Notes: generated by a model not told the origin, from the sequence alone. Numbered from the stretch's first letter, positions 1 through 9,939 are shown. The stretch is 64,000 nucleotides of DNA from a virus (IMGVR_UViG_3300037743_000134:14266-78265); one strand, 5' to 3'. A program made the numbers and translations.

Positions 1-43
1 AAAGCGAACCGGACAGCGAGGCGGCGGGGACGAAGGGATTGCC

Positions 44-280
44 ATGAGCGCCGCCAAGGTCCGCCGCAAGCTGACGCGCATCCAGCGGGAGCGGCATCGC
101 GACCGAGTCATCGGAGATCTGGCCACGTTTACGAAGGCAGACATCGAAGCCATGCGCGGCAAGCCCAAGCTGTCGACGCGCATAACAGACTACGCCGGCA
201 CGAAGAAGCACGCCGGGTACACGAAGTTCAGCATCGGGGCGATATTCAGGGCGGGTAAAACGAAAACGCCCGGCTTGTGA
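44..280 (+). CDS. Hypothetical basic protein
   Basis: 78-aa ORF with AAGGG upstream; no recognisable motif. Confidence 0.4.
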   Translation: MSAAKVRRKLTRIQRERHRDRVIGDLATFTKADIEAMRGKPKLSTRITDYAGTKKHAGYTKFSIGAIFRAGKTKTPGL

Positions 281-287
281 CCGGGCG
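257..287 (-). terminator. Candidate intrinsic terminator on minus strand
   Basis: Stem CGCCCGG(267-273)/CCGGGCG(281-287), followed on minus strand by TTTTCGTTTT. Confidence 0.4.
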
Positions 288-329
288 CTCTCAAGTCGCT
301 GTGGCGGCGTACTTGAGAGGAAATCCTAC

Positions 330-1133
330 ATGGCAAACGCGATCCACGCAACCGACACGCCGCGCGTCAGTCTCCGCCACCCGACCGACTCCGCCGAGCT
401 CCGCTGGTACTTTTCCCATGGCGGACTGGCAGTTTTCCAAACGAGCACGTTCGGTTCTCAGCTCGAGCGCATGCGCATGTTCGCCTATGGCGGACGGACG
501 TGCGAGCCATGCGCCGGGCTCGGGTTCGTGCCGAGCAAACCCGACGTCTGGCGGGCTGCCACCGAGCGCGAACGCGAGCTGCTTTCGTTCGTGGGCATCA
601 ACGCCGACGAGCTCGTGCCGCCGCTTGCGGACCAGGTTTGCAAACCGTGCGGCGGGCGCGGCTGGCAACCGTCGCAGAGCCGGACCAATGCACGCGCGCC
701 CCTGACGGCGCGTCCACGGGGCTCCAGCGTAAAGGGCAAGCCGGGCGGCGTGGACGTCGGCGAGGTGAGCCTGGCTCGACTGGGAGCCGTCACGGCTCGC
801 CTAAGCCGCATCTCGGCCGAGCACCGGCTGATACTGGACGCTTTCTACTCGCCCAGCGGTGGCGCCTTGGTGGCCCTGTACGAGGTCACGCCGGCCGGGA
901 AGACGCTGCTCCGCCGGAACTCGCAACGACTCTCGCCGAGGCAATTCTTCGAAAACGAATCGGCTGCGCAGGCGGACAAGCACGATCGCCAGCGAGGAGC
1001 GCTGCTCGAGACCGCGGAGACGCAGGCGGCGGAGATACACCGCGAGGCGTGCGCAGCGTGGGAGGCTACGCGGCACAGGGAAGCCCGGGACGTCCGTGCG
1101 CTGGCCCTTGCCATGCTGGGCGACGAATCGTGA
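330..1133 (+). CDS. Antiterminator Q-like / late regulator with two CxxCxGxG zinc motifs
   Basis: CEPCAGLG and CKPCGGRG motifs; GAGAGG upstream; lies just upstream of packaging genes. Confidence 0.55.
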   Translation: MANAIHATDTPRVSLRHPTDSAELRWYFSHGGLAVFQTSTFGSQLERMRMFAYGGRTCEPCAGLGFVPSKPDVWRAATERERELLSFVGINADELVPPLADQVCKPCGGRGWQPSQSRTNARAPLTARPRGSSVKGKPGGVDVGEVSLARLGAVTARLSRISAEHRLILDAFYSPSGGALVALYEVTPAGKTLLRRNSQRLSPRQFFENESAAQADKHDRQRGALLETAETQAAEIHREACAAWEATRHREARDVRALALAMLGDES

Positions 1134-1564
1134 CGCCGACGGTGCAGTGCTCGCTGATGACCCTGCGCCAAGCCGAGGTATGGCTCGGAATGCGTCCTAC
1201 GGCCAAAGGGCGCGGACTGCTGCGTGTGCTCATCGCCCGCGAAAAGGAGCTCGGCAAGCCGATCCTCGTGCGGTCTCGGGGCAAGCGCCGGATCGGCCGC
1301 TACCGGGTCTCGCGCGGCGCCCTCCGGCGGCACTGCCGGCACCTGTTGCCGTCCAAGGTGGACGAACTGCGCGATAGGTTTGCCGAATTCCTGCGCGGCG
1401 TCGACGAACGCATCGAGACCAGCGTGACCTCGCACGTGGCCGAACACGTCGATCCGCAGATCGAGGAGCTGTGGCATAGGGACGAAGTGCAGGCCGAAGC
1501 GATCAAAGAGCTTGCGATCAGGCTAAAACGCATGGCCGAAGTGGCCGCGAATAATGGGACGTAG
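1130..1564 (+). CDS. Hypothetical protein (possible N-terminal DNA-binding helix, C-terminal coiled coil)
   Basis: GTG overlaps upstream TGA (GTGA); 3' part of the 500..1564 ORF. Confidence 0.6.
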   Translation: MTPTVQCSLMTLRQAEVWLGMRPTAKGRGLLRVLIAREKELGKPILVRSRGKRRIGRYRVSRGALRRHCRHLLPSKVDELRDRFAEFLRGVDERIETSVTSHVAEHVDPQIEELWHRDEVQAEAIKELAIRLKRMAEVAANNGT

Positions 1565-1581
1565 TGGGACGTGATGGGACG
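1555..1581 (+). repeat. Three TGGGACG direct repeats with exact 10-bp period
   Basis: TGGGACG at 1555, 1565 and 1575. Confidence 0.8.
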
Positions 1582-1787
1582 CTTTGAGCACGTCCTATGA
1601 GAGCCACGCGCCTCGCGCGGGGTGCCTGTTCGATGCTCACCTCCGAATACACGCGCCGCATCAGCGCCGGCCGAGAGCCCGTCATCCAGCCGAAGCGGCA
1701 ACGCACGCACGCCGGACGCGCCCTCGTGGCCAGCATCGCCGAGCGCATCGAAGCGAAGGCCGCGCGGGCGAAACGCAGGGCGGCAGC

Positions 1788-2480
1788 GTGATACGGGTCA
1801 AAATCGACGCGAAGAAAGCGCTCGAAGACCTGCGCAGTTTCCGCAAAAAGGCCGTGCCCTACGCGCTCCGAAACGCGGTCAACACGGCTGCCTTCGAAGG
1901 CCGCAAAATCTGGCAGGGCGAGATCAAGCGCTCGTTCACGCTCCGCAACCAGTTCACGACGCGCTCGATTCGCGTGGAGAAAGCGCGCAACCCGCGCATG
2001 ATCATGGCCGTGCTCGGCTCCGTGGCGCCCTACATGGCGAAGCAGGAAGAGGGCGGCACCGTCAGGGGACGTAGCGGCAAAAAGGCGATTCCTGGACCCG
2101 TAGCGGCTGGGCAAAGGCCTGGCGCAAAGCGCACGAGGCTAGTCCGTGCAGGGTTCAGACTCGGCGCAATCAAGGTCCCTAGGCTCAGGACGGGAAGCCG
2201 TATCCAACGCAACGCTGTGGCGATTGCCATGGCCAAGCGTAGGGGTCAGAAGTTCGCCCTGTTGCAACGCCCCAAGGGGGGCAAAGGGCTGTTTCTTCTT
2301 GGTGGAGGAAAACGCAAGGCCTCTACCAAGCTCCTCTACGACGTGAGCCGAAGTTCAGTGCGTGTGCCCGCAGCACCTACGCTCGCACGCACGATGCATC
2401 GCATGAACGCACGCACACCAGCAATAGTGCATGCAGCAGTACTGAAAGAGCTGAGACGCAACAAGGTTTTTGGATACTGA
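1788..2480 (+). CDS. Tail-completion/neck-type protein (gpZ/HK97 gp10-like)
   Basis: GTG at 1788 in the 1584 frame; N-terminus KAVPYALRNAVNTAA resembles the gpZ-like family; highly basic. Confidence 0.5.
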   Translation: MIRVKIDAKKALEDLRSFRKKAVPYALRNAVNTAAFEGRKIWQGEIKRSFTLRNQFTTRSIRVEKARNPRMIMAVLGSVAPYMAKQEEGGTVRGRSGKKAIPGPVAAGQRPGAKRTRLVRAGFRLGAIKVPRLRTGSRIQRNAVAIAMAKRRGQKFALLQRPKGGKGLFLLGGGKRKASTKLLYDVSRSSVRVPAAPTLARTMHRMNARTPAIVHAAVLKELRRNKVFGY

Positions 2481-2692
2481 GCACCTACATTCACGAAGTG
2501 CCTATATTTATGCTTGTTTCACGTTCGAAACGAAGCGAAGCATGATGTGCATTGTGAATGATGCGAAATAAGCTTGTTTTTGGCTGCGAAACGCAAAGGT
2601 ACTGTGGAAAACCACTACGCCGTGTGCGCGTTTGATTGCGACGTGCCCAATATCCCGACATTTTGAGGTTCTTTCAGATTTGAAATCGTCCG
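2481..2692. other. AT-richer intergenic region upstream of terS; candidate cos/packaging site
   Basis: Position typical of lambdoid cos; short palindromes GTGG-AAAA-CCAC (2604-2615) and TTTCA-GATT-TGAAA (2672-2685). Confidence 0.45.
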
Positions 2693-3346
2693 ATGCCACA
2701 CCTGATTTCCCGGTCGGCATTCGCGCGCCTGGCCGGTGTAACCCCCGGGGCCATCACGGTTGCCTGCCGGGGCGAGCTCGGAGCGGCTAGTCACGGTGAC
2801 AGAATCGATACCGACCACGCGGCGGCGCAAGCCTACCTCGAGCGAGTGAGCACCCCGGACCCTGCTCGGACCGGGAGCCGCAAACGACGCCCAACCCGTC
2901 CCGGGCCCAAGCCCTCGCGCCGACCGAATCGCGACAGGCAGGCCGAAGCGGTAGCCGAAGCCGGACCGCCCTCGGACGATATCGAGAGCTTTGCGGAGAT
3001 GACCCTCCGTGAACTCGTCGAGAAGTTCGGGACCGACCGGCGCTTCCGGGACTGGCTCGATGCGCTGAAAAAGCTCGAGGACATCCGCGGCGCGCGGCTC
3101 GACAACGACGAGACCGAAAAGCGGCTCATCTCGTTCGAGCTCGTCCAAACACACATCCTTGGGCTCGTAGACTCGGCGTTTCGCCGGCTCCTACGGGACG
3201 CCCCGAAGACGGCCGCGCTACGAGCTCACTCGGCGGTGCGGGCGAATGCCTCCGTCGAGGAAATCGAGCGTCTCATACGCGAGATCAACTCGAGCCACAT
3301 CACGCACCTGAAGGCTCGCGCGACGCGCGTGCTGCGCAATGTCTGA
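2693..3346 (+). CDS. terS: Terminase small subunit (Nu1-like)
   Basis: N-terminal HTH ISRSAFARLAGVTPGAIT, coiled-coil middle, overlaps terL start. Confidence 0.8.
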   Translation: MPHLISRSAFARLAGVTPGAITVACRGELGAASHGDRIDTDHAAAQAYLERVSTPDPARTGSRKRRPTRPGPKPSRRPNRDRQAEAVAEAGPPSDDIESFAEMTLRELVEKFGTDRRFRDWLDALKKLEDIRGARLDNDETEKRLISFELVQTHILGLVDSAFRRLLRDAPKTAALRAHSAVRANASVEEIERLIREINSSHITHLKARATRVLRNV

Positions 3347-5324
3347 GCTGTGGCGTGAGCGCTTCGAGCGCCAGCAACGTGAGCGGCTGGCCGACGCATT
3401 CGATAACCTGACGGCCGAGCTCGTCATCAAACGCCCGAGCGAATGGGCCGAGAGCAAGCGCTACTTGCCGCCCTCGGTTACGTCGCTGCCGGGGCTCTAC
3501 AGTTTCAACGTCGCGCCGTACGTCCGAGAGATCCTCGACTGCCTCGCGGCGGACTCGCCCATCCGCGAGGTAACGTGGATGAAGGGCGTCCAGATCTGCG
3601 CCACGACGGGCGTGCTCGAGAACGCGATCGGCTACTACATAGACGAGATTCGGCACTCGCCGATCATGCTCGTCACGGCGGACGACGCGCTCGCGAAGCT
3701 CCGTATGGAGTCCTACGTGACTCCGATGCTGCATCACTCGGAGCTGGCGCACCTGATCAAGTCCAGCGACGAAAAGAATACGCGCAAGACCGGCAAGACC
3801 GAGAAGCGCATCGAGTGGGAGGGCGGCGGCTTTCTCATTCCGTTTGGCGCGCAGAGCGCGAACAAGCTCCGGTCGATCTCGATCGAGGTTTTGCTGCGCG
3901 ACGAAATTGACGGCTGGCCAGACGTCGTTGGCAAAGACGGCGACCCGATCAAGCTCAGCGCGGACCGCACGGCGGCATTCGAAGCGTCGCGCAAAATACT
4001 CGACATCTCGACGCCGCTCGTCAAAGGTCAGTCGAAGATCGAGCAGCGTTTCCGTCGAGGTGACCAGCGGTACTACTTCGTACGTTGTCTCAAGTGCAAC
4101 TTCGCGCAGACGCTGCGCTGGCGGCACCAAAACAACGAAACGGGCGAAGTAACCGGCATCTCGTGGGAGCTCGATAACGGGCGCCTTGTGCCGGACTCGG
4201 TGCGCTACCTGTGCCAGGAGTGCGGGCACCCGCACACTAACGACGACAAGACGCGGCTGCTCTCGCCGGAGCACGGCGCCGAGTGGATCCCGACGGCGGA
4301 GCCCGCGGACCCGTACCATCGCAGCTACCATCTGAGCGCGCTCTACTCGCCCGTCGGAATGCAGACGTGGGCGGCGTGCGTGCACAAGTGGCTCGACGCA
4401 TGGGACGTTGAGCGCAACCGAGCCAAGGACCTCGGTCAGCTGCAGGTGTTTTACAACAACGTTTTAGGCGAGCCGTTCGAGCTCCGCGGCGAGAAGCTGC
4501 GTTTCGAAAACGTCTCGGCGCATCGGCGGAGCTACTACTCCGGCACGATCCCAAATCAGTTTGCGGCGCAGTTTTGCGGTAGCCCCGTGCTGCTGCTGAC
4601 GTGCGCGGTCGACGTGCAGAAGCATTGTCTCGCCGTCGCCGTCTTCGGCTGGTGCAAAGACCGACGTGCCATTCTGGTCGATTACTGGCGCTTTGAGGGC
4701 GAGACCGAAAAGCTCGAGGATCTCCACACGTGGGGCAAGCTGCGGAAGCTCATCGAGTCGCGTGAATACACGGCAGACGACGGCAAAAAATATCGCATCA
4801 TGCTCACGCTCATCGACTCGGGTTTTCGGGCGGATGACGTGTACCGGTTCGCGGAGGAGTACGTAGCCGGCGTCTATCCGGTGAAGGGACGCGACGACTC
4901 GACACGCAACGCGCGCGACCGCGAGTTCTCGGACTTCAAAACGCCGATGGGCACGATGGCCTACGGCATCTTCGTGGGTTTCTACAAGGACCGCTGGAGC
5001 GCCGCGCTTCGTCGCTCGTGGGACGGTTTAGGGCTGCAGCCACAAGGACACTTCAACGCGCCGGTCGACACGACAGACAAGCAGCTCAAAGAGCTGACGG
5101 TCGAGGTCAAGCGCGAGAAGATCGAAAAGACTACCGGCAAGCGTCTCGGTTTCGAATGGCATCGCCCTGGCGGCGCTGACAACGAATTATGGGATTTAAT
5201 CGTATACAACAACGCGGCGCTCGATCTAGTGGCGCACGACGTCTGCATTCGGCAGCAGGAAATGGCATTCGTGAACTGGGTCTACTTCTACGAACGATGT
5301 AGCGAGGGCCTGTTTTTCAGCTAG
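3339..5324 (+). CDS. terL: Terminase large subunit, lambda gpA family
   Basis: PSEWAE, MKGVQICATT, LLRDEIDGWP (Walker B), ISTP, CxxC zinc motifs, nuclease motifs AVDVQ and IDSG. Confidence 0.95.
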   Translation: MSELWRERFERQQRERLADAFDNLTAELVIKRPSEWAESKRYLPPSVTSLPGLYSFNVAPYVREILDCLAADSPIREVTWMKGVQICATTGVLENAIGYYIDEIRHSPIMLVTADDALAKLRMESYVTPMLHHSELAHLIKSSDEKNTRKTGKTEKRIEWEGGGFLIPFGAQSANKLRSISIEVLLRDEIDGWPDVVGKDGDPIKLSADRTAAFEASRKILDISTPLVKGQSKIEQRFRRGDQRYYFVRCLKCNFAQTLRWRHQNNETGEVTGISWELDNGRLVPDSVRYLCQECGHPHTNDDKTRLLSPEHGAEWIPTAEPADPYHRSYHLSALYSPVGMQTWAACVHKWLDAWDVERNRAKDLGQLQVFYNNVLGEPFELRGEKLRFENVSAHRRSYYSGTIPNQFAAQFCGSPVLLLTCAVDVQKHCLAVAVFGWCKDRRAILVDYWRFEGETEKLEDLHTWGKLRKLIESREYTADDGKKYRIMLTLIDSGFRADDVYRFAEEYVAGVYPVKGRDDSTRNARDREFSDFKTPMGTMAYGIFVGFYKDRWSAALRRSWDGLGLQPQGHFNAPVDTTDKQLKELTVEVKREKIEKTTGKRLGFEWHRPGGADNELWDLIVYNNAALDLVAHDVCIRQQEMAFVNWVYFYERCSEGLFFS

Positions 5325-5327
5325 AAT
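5322..5327 (+). promoter_or_regulatory. -10 element (TAGAAT) 6 nt before GTG of HNH gene
   Basis: AGC-TAGAAT-CTAAGC-GTG. Confidence 0.5.
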
Positions 5328-5333
5328 CTAAGC

Positions 5334-6224
5334 GTGGCAATCGGCGTCTGTTGGGACGGTCACGAATACACGGTGGGCAACGGGTGCCCCGTATGCGCGG
5401 TGAACAGAAACCGCGAACGTTACCGTCCGAAAGGACGCGGCAAGAAGCAAAAGACATGTCCGAATGGGCATGTGTACTTGTCGGGCCAGGGGTGCGTGGT
5501 CTGCGCGCGGGCGCGCTCCAATGAGCGCAGGCGTGCAGCGTCGCGTGCCCGTAGGCGTGCCCTACCGGAAACAAAAACGTGCCGACGTGGGCACACGTAC
5601 AAGCCGGGCAAGGGCTGCTACCAATGCCAGCTTGCATATTACGCCGAACGCAGACGGGCCGATCCAGAATGGCGCGCTCGCGCCAATGAACGTGGCCGCA
5701 AGTATGAACAGCGGCGATATGCCTTAGATGCGGAACACCGTGAGCGCCGCAAAGCTCGCGCCAAGCAAAAATGGTGGTCCGACGAAGAGCATCGCGAAAA
5801 GGCGAAGTCCAGCGCGAAAGAACGCAAGAAGCAGTATCGCTCAGACCCCGCATTCCGCGCAGCACAAGTGCGGGCTGAACGGGTGCGCCTTGATGCCATC
5901 TACGAGGACGCCGGGCGCCACGCGGCGCACCGCGAGAAACAGCGCTGGCGCAATCACATCAGACGCGCTCGTGTAGCGGGTACCGATTCGCCTGGCGTAA
6001 CCAAAGAAGAGTGGGCAGCAATATGCGCGCGCTTCGCGAATGACTGTGACGAGACGATCTGCGCGTATTGCAAAAGCCGACTCGCGGATACCATCGACCA
6101 CGTCGTTCCAATTGCGCGAGGTGGGCGCGATGCACCCGACAATGTCGTGCCAGCGTGCAAGAGCTGCAACAGCAGCAAGAACGCCAAGCTTCTGAGCGAG
6201 TGGAGACAGACCGCCGCTCTATAA
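5334..6224 (+). CDS. HNH endonuclease with three N-terminal CxxGH-x7-CxxC repeats
   Basis: CAYC...TIDHVVPIARGGRDAPDNVVPACKSCNSSK. Confidence 0.9.
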   Translation: MAIGVCWDGHEYTVGNGCPVCAVNRNRERYRPKGRGKKQKTCPNGHVYLSGQGCVVCARARSNERRRAASRARRRALPETKTCRRGHTYKPGKGCYQCQLAYYAERRRADPEWRARANERGRKYEQRRYALDAEHRERRKARAKQKWWSDEEHREKAKSSAKERKKQYRSDPAFRAAQVRAERVRLDAIYEDAGRHAAHREKQRWRNHIRRARVAGTDSPGVTKEEWAAICARFANDCDETICAYCKSRLADTIDHVVPIARGGRDAPDNVVPACKSCNSSKNAKLLSEWRQTAAL

Positions 6225-6248
6225 ACGCTCAACACGGAGGCCCGCGCC

Positions 6249-6512
6249 ATGGCATGCGAAGATGACACGGCGTGGCTAGAGGCTCGCCTCGCGAAAACGA
6301 AGACGCTGATTGAAGCGTACGAGGACGCGATCCTGCAGCTCTCGACGGGCGCGGTGCAAAGTTACCAGCTCGACACCGGGCAGACGCGGCAGTCGGTCAC
6401 GAAGCAGCAGCTCTCGCAACTGCGCAACACGCTCGAAGGGCTCTATGCATTGTACGCAGCGCTACGCGCACGGCTCTGCGGAGCGGGCGTCATCGTGCGC
6501 CCGGTTTACTAA
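6249..6512 (+). CDS. Head-tail joining protein, gpW-like
   Basis: 87 aa, GAVQSYQLDTGQTRQSVT, between terL and portal. Confidence 0.75.
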   Translation: MACEDDTAWLEARLAKTKTLIEAYEDAILQLSTGAVQSYQLDTGQTRQSVTKQQLSQLRNTLEGLYALYAALRARLCGAGVIVRPVY

Positions 6513-8189
6513 ATGGGCTTCGCAGACGATCCGATGTGGCGCGCGTGCTTCGGCAGCATGCCGAGCAAAGCGGTCGACACCTCGCCGCCCACAGTCGCGG
6601 TCTCGCAGCTGCCAGCGGTGCGCTACGGCTGGGATACCGGTGAAAAGTTCCCCGGTGGCATCGGTCCCGTAAACCTGCTGTGGCCCGATTACTGGACATT
6701 GCGCCAGCGGTCTGCGGAGCTCTACGAACGCAACCTGTACGCGCGAGGCTTGATCCGCTGCCTGATCACAAACGAAATCAACACGGGGCTGCAGCTCGAG
6801 GCAACACCCGAAGAGGTGATTCTCGGCGTCGAGGAGGACGGGCTCGCCGACTGGTCCGAGACCGTCGAGAATCGCTTTGCGCTCTGGGCCCGTGACGCGC
6901 AGCTCTGCGATCACAACGAACGGCTGAGCTTCGGCGCATTGCAAGCGCTCGCGCGAACCGAGGCGCTCGTGGTCGGCGATGTGCTCGTCGTGATGCGGCA
7001 GGACCAGCGTACACGCCTACCGCGCGTGCAACTGATCGGCGGCTCGTCCGTGCGCACGCCGATGGACGCCAAGCCGGCCAACGGCAACCGCATCGAGCAT
7101 GGAGTCGAGCTCGACGGACAGCGGCGACACGTAGCGTATTGGATCACTCAGGAAGAAAAGGGCGGGCAGCTCGCGTCGAAGCGACTCCCTGCATTCGGCG
7201 AGAAGAGCGGCAAGCGTATCGCGTGGCTACTCTATGGCACAGACAAGCGGCTCGATGACGTGCGCGGCAAGCCGCTGCTGTCGCTCGTTCTACAGAGTCT
7301 CAACGAAATCGACCGGTATCGCGATGCGACGCAACGCAAGGCTGTCGTCAACAGCATGCTTGCGATGTTCGTCAAAAAAACCGAGTCGAACATGGGCACG
7401 CTGCCGATTACCGGCGGCGCGGTACGGCGCGGCATAGACGTCGCGATCGACACGTCCGGCAAGCGTCGCGAATTCCGCACAGCCGAGCATATTCCTGGTC
7501 TCGTCCTCGACGAGCTGCAACACGGCGAAGAGCCGGTAGCGTTTCAGGTCAACGGTACGACCGAAAACTTCGGCACGTTCGAAGAGGCGATCCTGCAGAC
7601 GATCGCATGGGCGACGCAGGTTCCGCCCGAGATTTTGCGCAAGGCTTTCTCGAGCAACTACAGCGCGAGCCAAGCAGCGGTCAACGAGTTCAAAATGTAC
7701 CTGAACCAGACTCGAACCTGGTTCGGCGAGACGTTCTGCCAGCGCATTTACGAAGAGTGGCTCGTCGCCGAAGTGCTCGCGCAGCGTATCGAAGCGCCAG
7801 GTTTTCTCGAGGCATGGCGCGACTGGAAGCTGTTCGACAAGCTGGGCGCCTGGACGCATGCGGATTGGTCCGGGCACATCAAGCCGTCCGTCGATCTGAC
7901 AAAGCTTACGGGCGGCTATGACGCCATGATCGCCATGGGCGCCATCACTCGCGCCCGCGCGACGCGCGAGCTAACCGGGACGAAGTTCTCCAAAAATGTG
8001 CAGCAACTGAAGCGCGAGAACGATCTCCTCGCCGAAGCCAACAAGTCGATGGTCGAACTCGAGAAGCCGCCGGCACCGGCGAGCACGGACGAGCCAGGCA
8101 TCGACGACGAGCCGATCGACGAAGAGGACGACGAGGAATCCGCAGCCGCCAACGTGCTGCCGTTGCGCCGTGGTCAACAAGGAAACTGA
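6513..8189 (+). CDS. Portal protein, lambda gpB family
   Basis: LRQRSAELYERN, DDVRGKPLL, FSSNYSASQAA, WSGHIKPSVD motifs. Confidence 0.93.
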   Translation: MGFADDPMWRACFGSMPSKAVDTSPPTVAVSQLPAVRYGWDTGEKFPGGIGPVNLLWPDYWTLRQRSAELYERNLYARGLIRCLITNEINTGLQLEATPEEVILGVEEDGLADWSETVENRFALWARDAQLCDHNERLSFGALQALARTEALVVGDVLVVMRQDQRTRLPRVQLIGGSSVRTPMDAKPANGNRIEHGVELDGQRRHVAYWITQEEKGGQLASKRLPAFGEKSGKRIAWLLYGTDKRLDDVRGKPLLSLVLQSLNEIDRYRDATQRKAVVNSMLAMFVKKTESNMGTLPITGGAVRRGIDVAIDTSGKRREFRTAEHIPGLVLDELQHGEEPVAFQVNGTTENFGTFEEAILQTIAWATQVPPEILRKAFSSNYSASQAAVNEFKMYLNQTRTWFGETFCQRIYEEWLVAEVLAQRIEAPGFLEAWRDWKLFDKLGAWTHADWSGHIKPSVDLTKLTGGYDAMIAMGAITRARATRELTGTKFSKNVQQLKRENDLLAEANKSMVELEKPPAPASTDEPGIDDEPIDEEDDEESAAANVLPLRRGQQGN

Positions 8190-8192
8190 ACG

Positions 8193-9437
8193 ATGTGGCT
8201 CCTGAAACAGGAAGTAGCCGAAGAGCTGCGTCGCGTTTGGAAGCGCGATGACCCGTCTACGGCTACTCAACGCGCTGAGTTCGTCCAGCGGCGCGAAGCG
8301 GAAGCCGCTGCCGGCGACCCGCGAATCTTGCAACGCGACGGCGAGAACGCCTCGATCAACGTCGAGGGCGTGCTCACAGAAAAGCCTGACTTCTGGGCAT
8401 GGCTGCTCGGCGGCGGGAACACGACCTATCGCGACATTCGCACGGCGCTCGCGATTGCGGGGCAAGATCCGACAGTCAAGCGCGTGACAATGAACATCGC
8501 CAGCCCCGGCGGCCGGGTCGACGGATTGTTCGAGACGCTCGGCACGCTCGAGGCGTTTCAGAAACCGATAACGGTTCGGTCGTCACTTGCCGCATCGGCG
8601 GCCTACGCGATCGCAGCAGTGGCAGGCCGCATCGAGCCGACGAATGCCGCGGCCGAATTCGGATCGATCGGTGTTGCAGTGACGTACCTCCACATGGAGG
8701 AGCTCATCGACATCACGAGCACCGAGGCGCCCAACAAGCGACCGAACCCGAGCACGGACGAAGGCAAGGCAGTCATCCGTGAACATCTCGACGCTATTCA
8801 CGATCTGTTCGTTGACGCCATCGCGCGCGGGCGCAGCCGCACGACCGGCGAGAAAATCACCAAGGCGAACGTCAACGAGACCTTTGGTCGAGGCGGAGTG
8901 CTACTCGCGGGCGACGCGAAGAAACGCAAGATGATCGACAAGGCTCCGCCGGCCGCAGCACGCGGCGCGCGAGCCGAAGACAACATCACCCCGGACGCCG
9001 CCGGCGATCCGGCGCAACGCTCAACAGATTCACCCGCCACCGGCGGGGTTCAACCGCCGAGGAAAAAGCCCATGACCAAAGAAGAACTCAAGTCGCAACA
9101 TCCCGAACTTTACGCCGCGCTGCTCGAAGAGGGACAAGCGACCGGCGTCGCCCAGGAACGCAAGCGCGTCATGGCGCACCTGAAGCTTGCTGCAGCCACG
9201 GGTGCAACCAAGGTAGCGCACGACGCGATCGCATCTGGCGCGAGCACAATGGACGAAGAGGTGCACGCCGATTACCTCGCGGCCGGCATGAATCGCCGTG
9301 ACTCCGACGCGCGCCAAGACGACAGCGACAAGGCCGGCAAAGCACTCGAGTCGGCCAAAGCAGCGCCGGAAACCGAGGGCGGAAGCCTGATCGACATCTT
9401 CGCCGCCGATCTGCCGCCGAAGAAAAAGGCGAGCTGA
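8193..9437 (+). CDS. S49 family prohead protease (gpC-like) with C-terminal scaffold region
   Basis: IASPGG, AASAAYAIA (catalytic Ser), GSIGV; charged C-terminal tail. Confidence 0.9.
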   Translation: MWLLKQEVAEELRRVWKRDDPSTATQRAEFVQRREAEAAAGDPRILQRDGENASINVEGVLTEKPDFWAWLLGGGNTTYRDIRTALAIAGQDPTVKRVTMNIASPGGRVDGLFETLGTLEAFQKPITVRSSLAASAAYAIAAVAGRIEPTNAAAEFGSIGVAVTYLHMEELIDITSTEAPNKRPNPSTDEGKAVIREHLDAIHDLFVDAIARGRSRTTGEKITKANVNETFGRGGVLLAGDAKKRKMIDKAPPAAARGARAEDNITPDAAGDPAQRSTDSPATGGVQPPRKKPMTKEELKSQHPELYAALLEEGQATGVAQERKRVMAHLKLAAATGATKVAHDAIASGASTMDEEVHADYLAAGMNRRDSDARQDDSDKAGKALESAKAAPETEGGSLIDIFAADLPPKKKAS

Positions 9438-9525
9438 AGGGCTCGTTAGACACGCGCGCCTAGCGCAATCACCGCGCGCGCCCGCGGCGCCGCACCGCTC
9501 CATCTTTTGATCAAGGAAAAGACCC

Positions 9526-9939
9526 ATGGCCAACATGACCGTTACGGACATCGACACCGGCGACCTCGAATTCGACGAGTGCGAATACGAGGACGGCGTC
9601 GTCAACTTCTCGGGTGCCGATACTCTTGCCCGAGGAACGATCCTTGCGCGCCACAGTGGCACGCTCAAGTTCCAGATCTTCCAGAAGGGCGGATCGTCGA
9701 ACGGCAACGGGACGCCTGTAGCCGTGCTCTCACACGAGCTCGTCGCAACTGCATCGGGCGACTTGCCGTGCCGCGCGATCGTGCATGGCGATGTCAACGT
9801 GAACCGACTGATCATCGACGCCGATGGCGACGCTTCGAACATCGACGCCGCGGTTCGCGACCAGCTGCGCGACTACAAGATCACTCCGGTCGACGTGAAG
9901 CAGAACGCAGGCGCGTTGTTCACGGACGAAGACTCCTGA
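9526..9939 (+). CDS. Head decoration protein (gpD-like)
   Basis: LARGTILAR, PVAVL motifs; between protease and capsid. Confidence 0.75.
   Translation: MANMTVTDIDTGDLEFDECEYEDGVVNFSGADTLARGTILARHSGTLKFQIFQKGGSSNGNGTPVAVLSHELVATASGDLPCRAIVHGDVNVNRLIIDADGDASNIDAAVRDQLRDYKITPVDVKQNAGALFTDEDS

Noticed and set aside
500-1129. N-terminal extension of the 354-aa ORF 500..1564 (likewise 19825..20340, 17430..17594, 10802..11116, 46950..47240)
   Set aside because: These overlap better-supported genes; downstream coupled starts give coherent proteins.
1575-1582. TGGGACGC resembling part of a c-di-GMP-I riboswitch
   Set aside because: The GAAA tetraloop, following AAAG and paired stems are absent.
3339-5324. 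Intein or inactivation in terL (Walker A lacks GKT)
   Set aside because: Length is normal for gpA, and gpA-family terminases have a deviant Walker A with an upstream lysine.
5334-6224. HNH as an HK97 gp74-type terminase cofactor
   Set aside because: Much longer than gp74, lies downstream of terL, is paralogous to other inserted HNH genes and has its own promoter; a homing-type role fits better, though a cofactor role is not excluded.
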